Of a stretch of DNA of 64,000 nucleotides, positions 24,009-34,800 are shown piece by piece. The DNA is from Paragordius varius (Eukaryota > Animalia > Nematomorpha): the NCBI GenBank assembly GCA_964247055.1, contig OZ176050.1, positions 10,478,001 through 10,542,000 of the forward strand, in the 5' to 3' direction. The translations under genes were made by a program, and so were the position numbers. Within the stretch, counting starts at the first letter, position 1; each line of letters starts with the position of its first letter. A model generated the notes under the pieces. It did not search any database. It saw nothing but the letters and a program-made list of their open reading frames with translations, and was not told the origin of the DNA.

Positions 24009-27000
24009 ATGAATATCTTGTGGCAAACTGTTGTATCCATTTCACCCCATAAAATCTTATCATTCCTGATACTCATAGTTTTGGGAAGACTTATGTTCTA
24101 TGATTGTCAATCAACCAGTAAAAATAATGAGGAATTAATGGATGAATTGGTACGTACAGACCGTGATTTAGATAACATATTAAATCAATATGAAAATAGA
24201 AGTAAGCGTGATAACTCAGCCGTGGCCAGAGAATACGTGATCGTTTCAACGGGCCGAGGAAAAATACGGGGTTATCGACTCAAACCACACCAATTTACCA
24301 TATATCACCAACAATCTGGAGCTCAACAGCCCTTGGCCGTAGATTGCTTTTTAGGAATTCCGTTTGCTAAACCACCAGTTGGAAATTATCGATTTAGATC
24401 GCCTGAACCTTTGGACCCACTTCCTGTAGGATTTGATTCAGGCGAAATTTTTAATGCCACAATACAGCCAAACTCTTGCCCTCAACCATTGGATACCACG
24501 TTTGGGGAAGACTTTGCAGGCACTGGTCAATGGAATGCCCCCACAAATTTGAGTGAAGATTGTTTGTACCTTAATATTTGGACACCGTATCCCCGATCAA
24601 ATAATCCCAGGTTACCCGTATTCGTATGGATATATGGTGGGAGTTATTCCAGTGGCAGTATTTCGCTCAAACTGTATGATGGAAAAATGTTGGCTTCGAG
24701 ATTCAATGTCATAGTTGTATCCATAAATTATAGGGTCGGTGCGCTGGGTTTTCTCTTTACCAATGATCCTGTCCAAAACCCAGGGAATGCCGGTTTGTTT
24801 GATCAATTGATGGCATTCAAATGGATCAAACAACATATTCACCATTTTGGGGGCGATCCAGATTCTATTACATTGGTGGGCGAAAGTGCCGGAGCCACGA
24901 GTATAGCTTATCATTTGTTATCACCTTTAAGTGCTCCATACTTTAATCGGGCCATATTACAAAGCGCAGCTGCAAATAATCCTTGGGGTCATGTTTCGGG
25001 ACCAGAAGCTCTTAGGAGAGCTCATAAATTAGGATCGCTATTAGGCTGTTTACCATCAAATCAATCATCCTCTTCTGTAGTGGACGTTAATGACATAAAT
25101 ACCATCGATAATCCCACTCCTACTGGAAATAATACTTCGGAAAGGCAAATCAATGATGCATATTATGCTAGCCATTTTATTACGGAAGAAAATCCTTTGC
25201 TTGCCGATGAGGCGCTTAAATTACAAAGTTACGATATGACAGAACTGGCTTACACACGTTCTATCCTTAAATGCCTCCGAAACAAAGATTTTCACGAAAT
25301 ATTAGCCAATGAATACTATGTGACAAAAGATGCTATGGATTTCCCTTTTGCCCCAGTAAGCGACGGCGAGCTTGTCAAAGCTAAACCAGATTATCTGTTA
25401 GATTTGGGTCTGTTTAAAAAGGCCAACATATTAATCGGCTCTAACAGAAATGAGGGTACTGCCTTTCTTGTATATTACCTCGATAAAATATTTGCACCTT
25501 TGCGTGAAAACATTTCCATAACTGATGAAGAACTTAAATGGGCCATAGATAGAATTTATTTTCGTTACAATAAGTTAACGCGGAATGCCGTTTCCTTTCA
25601 CTACACTAAATGGACGGATATTTTGGCTGGTGAAAAATCGATGGAAGACATTAGATTAGCTCAAGTAGACGAAATGGCAGGGGATTATTGGTTTACCTGT
25701 AAGGCTAAAGAATTTGCAGATTACTATGCAAGTTCAGGAGCAAAAGTTTACGTATACAGGTTAGTATAATTAAGATTTAATATATATAATCATAATTTTT
25801 ACCATATTTATGTTATGTGCAGGGCTTTGAACCAAAGCTTATATTTGCAAACGTTTTGAACTTAGGATTTGGTTTTGTGTAAAAGGTTTAAGACTGTTTT
25901 TAAATAATTTGAACCGGCATTATCATCCATATAAAAATTTCATGCCAAAAATATTATTATATGAGCATATGATTCATTCTTAGCTCAAACGTAAAACAAA
26001 AATATATAATAGATAAAATTGAATAAAATTTGCGGATTTTAAATGTTTTATTGTTTTATATAGGAAAAAATTAAGTAACGAAGATAAGTGTTCATTGTAT
26101 AATCTCTTGTTTCCTTTATTTAAAAGTTAATAATTAAATTGTATATTGGACGCTATAAAGCAGTGGTTCTTCAGTTTTTCGTCTGTGCCATCCTTTCATC
26201 AATTTTTTTGTTGCGCTCCCAAAAATTATGGTTTAAATAATGTAAAGATCATGCCTTCACTGAATTTTTCCACACTTTCCAGAATTCGCTGTTGTAAATC
26301 TTTAATACACGCCATGATAAATTAAAACAGTAAAATATTATACTGATTATGCGTTTTTGAAACATAACCAATCCCGAATATATATAAATTAAAATACCAT
26401 AACATTAATAATTTTTATTACTAATTAATGTCTTATTATATTAAGAACAAATATCTAATCGTTTGTAGCGCACTTAATAAAATATAAAAAATTAAAAGGA
26501 CCAGTCTTTTCCGCTGTTCGAATTAATGTCGATTGACCACTACTTTGTTGATGGCTAAAATAGATGGTCTAAAAACCGAACCTTATATTTAAAAATTACT
26601 ATATATTGACTTTTTATGGAAATACCTGTAAAATGAGATATGACTGTTATATTTTACGATAAAATAATTTTGCGATTTTTTCAGATTCATGCATCGTTCA
26701 ACTACAAACGCTTGGCCAAAGTGGATGGGAACCATGCACGGTGATGAAATTCATTACATGATGGGAGACCCCTTAAAGATTGGATCCGTTTACACAAACG
26801 AAGAAAAAGACTTGAGTCTTAATATGATGCGTTTTTGGACAAATTTCGCAAAACATGGGTAAATCAATCGTTTTTTTAGTAAAGTGTGCGAAAACTTTAT
26901 CCCGAATTTTGTAATAAAAAGTTAAATTATTAGTTTATTTTAAAAAATTTATTAATTACATTATAGTAAACTAAGCCGAGAATCAGACTCGACTTAACAA

Positions 27001-27386
27001 AGCATTTTGTTAAACAAAACTAAAATTTAAACATATATTTATTTCTTAAGCATTCGAAACGCTTATCCTTGCTTTTAATCTGTGGTAATATAAATTAGGC
27101 GCACAAAACACTCAAATTGTGGTAAACTTTTGTATGATTAAAAATCAATATTGTTTTTTCCGCATATTTTTACCAGTCTACTCTATATGATAGTGATCCA
27201 AATAAAAATGCCGATTATGATTGGACAGGAATCAGATGGCCAGAATATACGAATAAAAAACAGGAATGCCTTGAATTAAATGTCGGGATGAACAAATACG
27301 ATTTCAACATAACCCGAGGACCTAAGCTTAGAAATTGTGCTTTTCAAAAATTTATCGTCAATCTCAACCGTGATACAGGTTTTAAG
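24009..27386 (+). CDS. ache: Cholinesterase (acetylcholinesterase-like), secreted
   Basis: Exon 1 24009-25759 has a hydrophobic N-terminus, LGIPFAKPP, choline-site Trp (GTGQWN), SEDCLYLNIW, NYRVGALGFL, catalytic GESAG (Ser codon 24885-24887) and catalytic Glu (NRNEG). Exon 26685-26858 has catalytic His (MHGDEI) and FWTNFAK. The exon from 27177 has WPEY and RNCAF. The junction between these last two exons and the extreme C-terminus (read-through stop versus a further hydrophobic exon after about 27468) are uncertain. Confidence 0.95.
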
Positions 27387-27723
27387 GATTGTTGGATATT
27401 TGAATCGTTATGATTACATATAATAAAAATTATTGGATATGCCATTTTAATAAATTATTTTTTCTCAGTTATTATAGTTTCAGATATATCAATAATAATG
27501 TTTTTAATCAAAATAATTTATCATAGCTTCATAACAGTATTTTGATTTTAAAGTTAACTGTTCATTATTTGAGTGAGTAAAAAAGAATTTTTTTCAAAAA
27601 AACTTTTGATCAAATTTCAATCAATTATCGCCGAATCCATTTTATGGCTTGGCAATTCATGATAGATGGAAATAAATAGGTAGGCCGATATTTTTATAAA
27701 AAATTTGGATATATTACTAATCA

Positions 27724-27729
<6 letters not shown>

Positions 27730-27781
<52 letters not shown>
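27730..27781. repeat. (TA)n microsatellite
   Basis: Direct dinucleotide run. Confidence 0.95.
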
Positions 27782-27784
<3 letters not shown>

Positions 27785-28499
27785 TTTGTCATCAGAAAAA
27801 CTAAAATGGTCATCGTCACAATGTGCCATTTCAGATAAACAAAAACATAAATCTCTTCAAATCTCGGCAGCGTTTTCTTTACGCTCTTATAATCATTACC
27901 AAACAAAATACTTAGGGAATACCATTGTAAATCAAAAATATTTATTTATTTTATACATAATTGCAATTTATGTATCCATGATTCACAAATACTCACACAA
28001 TAATCTTAATTTATATTATTATATTATGTAAATTTAGAATAAATGCTATATATATATTTATTTTAAATGCGATTAATATATGGCAAAATGTAATTAAAAA
28101 TATGGCTTATAAAATTAATAGCAATATAAACACCCAAATATTTTTATTTGATAAACGGGTTAACGAGAAAACCCTTTTAAATTTTGATGAGGGTATATTT
28201 TAAAAATAAGTGAGCTGTCTTCAATTTAATAAATAATTTTAAATATATTATGTATTTGTGGACTAAGACAAAAATAAAATATGTATAGGAATTTTACCTG
28301 CTCAATTATTTGTTTATTCATAGATAAAAGGCGTTGTTCAATTTCTATGGTCAAAAATTTATATTTCCCAAAATCTGATCGTAAAAAACAGTGTACCGGT
28401 AGCGGTTTTTATCAAAGTAGATATGGTGACAGTGCTTAAGGATGTAAACTAATGTTCCTTATCGATTACATGGTGTATAAAGTAATGCGAGGTTTTTAC

Positions 28500-28863
28500 T
28501 TCCTACATTATTGCGAAAAAACTCGTTGCCAAGTATATGCTTTTTACAGAACATCCAAAGATGACCCCTGCTGTTAGTTGAATAAAAGCAATCCAGCCTA
28601 CACCACATAGACCAAAGGTACTACCAACAAATTTTAAAGAGCGGCAAAATATTTTTTCTCTCAAAGGACGCACGCCATATAATACTGATAAAATCATAGC
28701 TTTTAGACACATTTTCAGATATTCATACTCATAAAATTCAGGCCATAAAATGCACTCTTAAGGCCGCGGTTTAACCACTGACCACGAGGTTGCAAGAGAA
28801 CTTTGCTGGCCTTTTCAATAAAGTCTAATCAATTACTCCTTTATAAGATCTGAATTAACCACC
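28500..28863 (-). CDS. Candidate small membrane-protein gene, head-to-head with the OXNAD1-like gene
   Basis: Exon 28824-28729 joins across a 29-nt gtatga...aaaag intron (28728-28700) in phase to give DFIEKASKVLLQPRGQWLNRGLKSAFYGLNFM-T-MILSVLYGVRPLREKIFCRSLKFVGSTFGLCGVGWIAFIQLTAGVIFG. Start and end unresolved; family not recognised. Confidence 0.3.
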
Positions 28864-28958
28864 TCGCCATTTATTAATAATTGTATGAAACCTATTCAGA
28901 CAATCAAGCCACCTTCCTAAAATTTAGTACTTTCAGTTTTGTATGATAACACGAACGG

Positions 28959-30173
28959 ATGAAATTTCCAGCTGTTATTCGGTGGATTAAGCCCTATAAC
29001 AAAGCTATTAATTTATATGGTTTGAATATAGATAATACCCGTTTTAAGTTTTATCCTGGTCAATGGTAAAAAGTATTTAAATTTAGGGTTGATTGTTTTG
29101 TTAATGGGTCGGATGATGTTACAGGTTTCACAATATGTTCCACACCTAAGGAATATAAAGCTACAAATGTTATTGAATTAGCCATCAAGCGATCAAATCA
29201 CCCCATAACTCGCTTTATGTTTGAAAATGTTTATAAAATTTTTAGTTTGTAGGCGAAAATTGGTTCCCAAGTATATGTTCGACCAGGTGGAAAATGTATA
29301 ATAGATGATTTTGACAAATGGAAATCATATAAATTTGTTTGCGGGGGAATAGGAATTAATCCGGCTTGGTCCATTATTAAATCTATGCTTGAGGAAAAAA
29401 TTGATAAGCCAATTTTTCTATATTATGTGGTTAGATGTTTGAATGATGCCATATTTTTGGTATGTTACATTTTAAATATAGGATAATATATCCCTTTTGT
29501 GTGATAAATACAAAACTTTTGCTTATAAACTCTTTCTATCCAATTCTTCAACTCACATAAATGATAGCCACATCTTATATCGTAAATAATTTTTATACAA
29601 AAACCGTTATACCTATATGGGAGACAATAAATTAATTAAGTTAATTATTACTAGACAAAATTTCTTTTTGTACTTTCAGAGGACATTTAATGTTTTTTTT
29701 GACCACTCCCTTTTAATATTCGTTTTTACTACGGAAAAGATGCATCTCAAAATTAATCGTTAAATTATAAAAATATTGTAAAAAAACGAATTTATGGCAT
29801 AATCTTTTAATGAATTTAAAAAGGTATCCAGTTTATTATACCATAGTAAACCCATTAAATGATATTGAATATTCTAATATAATGTTCAATGATTATATGT
29901 TTCAAAATAAAAATATTTTAAATTTCAACTCTAAATAAGAGATATTTAATATAATATTCATAATTAAAGGTAATAAAACCGTTTTAACACATAGAAATTC
30001 CATTTATATTAGGGAAACCCAATATTTCAGATATTATGACTCCCACTGATCCATTAAAATATTCAACATTATATTATTTGTGCGGACCAATACCTATGAT
30101 GCAGTACTTTATTGCAGAACTCAACAAAGAATCGATTCCCAACACCAACATTTTATATGAAAAATGGGAATAA
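28959..30173 (+). CDS. OXNAD1: Oxidoreductase NAD-binding domain-containing protein 1-like (ferredoxin-NADP reductase fold), 5 exons
   Basis: Exons 28959-29065, 29087-29228, 29253-29459, 29482-29581, 30013-30173 give FYPGQWVDCF..GFTICSTP..IELAIKRSNHP..CGGIGINP..YLCGPIPMM..ILYEKWE*, matching OXNAD1 motifs (GQWVD, GGVGINP, YICGP, FEKWW). Confidence 0.9.
29066..29481 (+). other. Three micro-introns (21, 24, 22 nt) in the OXNAD1-like gene
   Basis: 29066-29086 gtaaaaagtatttaaatttag splits the W codon of GQWVD; 29229-29252 gtttataaaatttttagtttgtag; 29460-29481 gtatgttacattttaaatatag. The 21- and 24-nt introns carry in-frame stops, and the 22-nt one shifts frame if retained. Confidence 0.9.
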
Positions 30174-31879
30174 TTTGGTTTTTATTTTTTGCAGGATTCT
30201 AAAATTTTTAAAACCGAAATTTGTTTGCCGATGAAAAATAAATTTTATACTATCTCAATCTTTATACTTGCATTCAAATTTATTTTGTTTTATCATATTT
30301 GATTTCCTACAATCATGACACAACTTATACTGTGTGTATAGCAAATATGGTAATAAAAAATAATTTTTCCATATTTTACTAAAAGGGAAATTAAGCTAAC
30401 ATGAAATACATGAGATCATAAATTCTCAGACTATCATTAATCAAAACGTATTTATTTTCTTTTTTTAACGATATAATCCAAATTAGATAAAAAAATTCTT
30501 CTATTAGCATATTTAGTGTATTGATTTTAAAAACAAATTAAAAAATTAACAGTCGATTTACCTATGTCGAAACTTAAAAAGTTTTAAAAATATACTTATT
30601 TCCAGATGTTAGATTTTAAAAACTTACAAAGTATGTAGTTTAAATTTATTTTAAATACACTACGATTTAGGTTAAATACGACTATATTATACTTTAAAGT
30701 TTTATATTTTTACTTTTTGTTTATTTGAATTAGTTTTAAAAAAATAATGCACTTAATGGTAACAGTTAAAATGTAAAGAATAGAGCATATAATAGGTTAT
30801 ATAAAAATAATAATCGAGCGCTTTCAGCTTGCCCATCCACCCCTTAGAAATATGTTATCGGATTTTAAATCTCTCTATTTTGGTGAAATACATAAAAAAT
30901 TATTTATAAATGTGGTTTTTGTGTAAATAGCATTAATCGTAAAAAATCTATCGTCATTCATAAAAATTTTAAACATTTCAAATGTTAGACGAATCCGTAC
31001 CTGGAATTAAAAGTTTATGTGTTTTGCGCAATATTATATTCTCAAAAAAAAAATTAAAATTTTAGGAGGCCCTATTTGGTGATACTAAATATATATTAAA
31101 TCGAAACATGTCTTTGTGAATCCTGGAAAATATGGGGCGCATAAAAGTCCGGGTGGCCATTTATTTGACACACACATAATTATGTACTCCCCTTTATGGA
31201 TTGCTTTTTAAAAATTTTCTGGGTAACATATACACATTCAAAAATAGAGTTACTTTTGTTTCACAATCATCAATGGCCAAATTTTTTTAATTGGCCACGC
31301 CAACCGAAATTTTATTAAAACAGAAGATTTTTCAATAATATCAACTTTATCACTATATGTTAGTCTAATTGGATGTTATATATAACTTAAAGAAAAAGGT
31401 TTTACTTTAATTTGTTCAAATAATGATGCAATACCATAGAGGTATAGGAAGGATAAATTTAGACTGTTGAATGTTTTAATTTCCAATTGACAAACTATCA
31501 ACTAAGTCATGGCACCGCGTGACTGAACAGCTAGTTAGAGTAAACTTTCAAAGGCTACATTAAAACAATTTATTCGATTGATTATATTCATATGGTGTTC
31601 ACATTTGCCATGTAATATAGGTATATATGGATGAATTGTATATGTACATTTAACATATTGTATTTCATAATTAAAATTCTAATAGTAATCAATATAGGTT
31701 GTACATCACATTATCAATTTTTTATATAAAATATACAGAGTATAAGAAAAGGCGTTTTTTACAATGATCATACACATTCGCGCGCGCTATTTCAATAAAA
31801 AGAAGGTAAAATGATAAAAAGATGATTGAAAATTTGTTGTGAAAGGACCAGTTTGATATTAATAATTATATCACGTGTT

Positions 31880-34800
31880 TTATGCGAAATCAAATTCATC
31901 TTCATCGTCGTCATCATCATCATCAAGGCCTTCTTCATCGTCATCATCCTCTTCATCATCATCTAAAAACGTATAAAAACATGAGATTAAAAATATTTTA
32001 ACATTTACTAATAAAATATTCGCACCCTTAGCAAATAAAAATAATAAAAATTGGCTTTAAAAAATTTAAATTTATAAATATACTTTAAAATATGTAATTA
32101 TGATAATAAAAAAAATATAATTTCAGCATTTTTAACGAATAATAATCTACATAGGCAAACTAGTTAAAAATACAGTTTGGCTAGCTAACATATAAGCTAA
32201 TATTTATAATTGTAAAAAATAAAATGTTTAGCCAAATTGGGACTACATTATAGCATATAAATGTCCATAAAATAGAGCACATAGTTATTAATAAAAAAAG
32301 TGGTGTAATGATTGTTTTATCATCAAAATGTCAATAAAATTTAAAATAATTATAATTAACTTTTATATTAAATCTAGCATAAAACATTTTTTGATAAAAA
32401 AGAGAAAATTAAAAACCATCATCATCGATGTCTTCATCGTCATCATCATCTTCTTCATCATCCAAATCTTCGCCGTCATCATCATCGTCTTCTATTAAAT
32501 AATTTAGAAAAAAGGTCAAGTAATAAATTAACAAAATAATATCAATTTTATTACGAATAAGATCGGCTAAGCCATATATAGATCGCATAATCGCTAAAAA
32601 CATTACAATATTATGGGTCTACGTTTCCCATTAAAAAGGATCACCTCCAAACTTTATGATAAAATTTCATATAGCGAAAAAGCTAATTATTAAACAGTGA
32701 AATATTTTATTTGTTTATATTATTCCATAAATACATCAAAAAACTAAAAAAATCATTTGGCTCATTATGCGGGGCCCAATTAAACAATTAGTATTAAAAA
32801 GTATGACCCCAAATAAAAATCAGAAAAGTGCAAGATGACCGGCTTAAGTTCATTCGTTTATAACGGTATGTTTATTTAAAAAGTTTGTTCTCGAGAATGG
32901 ATAGGTGAATAGAGAATATGATACCGTCATCATCTTCGCCCTGATCCTCACTATCTTGAGTTTTCTTTCCCTTTTTTGTGAGTTCTTTCTCTGATTCAGA
33001 TTCGTGTTCATCACTATCGTCTTCGTTGTCATCATCTTGACTTTCATTTTCGAGGTCTTGGTCCAACTTGCGTTTTTTAGATACTACGGGTTCTTTAACG
33101 CCTTTTTTGGAGTCACCTTTGTTATCTTCCTTATTATCTCCACTGGTGTTTTTTGCATTTTTGGCTAAAAAAACACATAATAAAAAATGAGTGTGTTTGG
33201 GAAATTTAGTTAATCTTTTAATTTAAAAAATATTTTTTTCTATAAATGTCGGTTTGAAAACTATACATAAGTAGTCAATGTAATAAATAGATACCTTTAT
33301 TATTGGCATTCGTTTTAGTAGCATTTGTTTCAGAAATTGTTTCCTTGGCTACTAATATAGACAAATATATTATATAGGATATTAGTGGATTGAATAGGCG
33401 TAAAATAAATTATAATAATCGCAATATTTGAGATCGGAGTATTATTATATATGATAAAACACATACCTTTAGTATCTTTTTGTGTTTGTTGGGTTGTTTT
33501 ATTTTCTTTTCCCTTTTTCTTTTTTCCAGTTTGATCATCAACAACGACTTCCGATTCGCCTGAACTTAATTTTTTCTGTTTTTTCATTTCCGCTATTTTT
33601 TCTGCCTTTTCGATTTGCTCGGGTCTTTGCTTGTAGGAATAGGTAATGTCCATAGGTAGACCACCCAACACTTTACCGTGGCATTCGGTGAAAGCTTTCT
33701 CAGCCAAATGTGGGGCCGAGAATTTGACAAAAGCATATCTATCGTAACGTGTAAAATGTAGAATAGAATACACCAAAAAACATATGTATAAATGATAACT
33801 CCGCGCTGGAAACTTCAGGTTTTAAAACAATGGTTTAAAAAGTATATAAATAAAACATAATATAACACCATTTAAGGACAAATATTGTATAAAGGTTGTA
33901 AAAAATGGTTTATAAAGCCAAATAATTCACAAATCAACTTGTTTATCAACAAAATAATTACTTAAATCCATTTTTAGCTTTACGGTCAAATTTACGGAGA
34001 TCTATCTTTTGTGAACCAGGGAAAGTTCTTTTCAAATCTTCAACCTTGATATCTCTTCCAAAGCAGTGAACATATATGGTAAAAGGATCAAATTCTATAA
34101 AGTAGTAAATAATCATTATATAATATATTCATCAACATTTGGTGAATATGGTAAGAATAATATTTAAATTATAATTAATAGAGATAAAAAAATAGCAAAA
34201 ATATTATATACTTTATAAAAATGACACTAGAGTGAGAATCGAGTTTTTTTGAAATATTTATATATACTATCATTTAAATATTTCGTATTTTATAACCATG
34301 GCCCTTCTGGTATGCATTTTTACGGTTTTCTTTAGTTTTACAAAAATAACATTTTATTTTAAAACACCTATAAAATTTTGCTAAACATTTTTTATCGTGC
34401 TATAAATTGTCAATGTATGATTGTTTACCTTTTTCATCATTATATCCTTCAGGGTTGGGGGCCAAAGTAATGGAAACATCTTTGCCTGCAACTTTAGCGT
34501 TTTTAATTTCTCCCAATGCCGATTTGGCTTTCGCTTCAGTAGCGAATTTTAATATGGCATTGCTATAATTAATATTAAAAAGAGAATATATATATATTTA
34601 TTAATGGCAATTAAGATATCATTTTAATTTTCTATTCTACATCTATAGCATAAGGTTCAATTATATATGGTAAAGATCAATAATTATTTATTGAGAAAGC
34701 ATATTATAAGGAAATAAATTGTTTAATATGATTTTTTTATCACAAATATGCCGTATTTATGAATTTTAGTTAGAATAATTTTACTCTTTCTAAAATGTGT

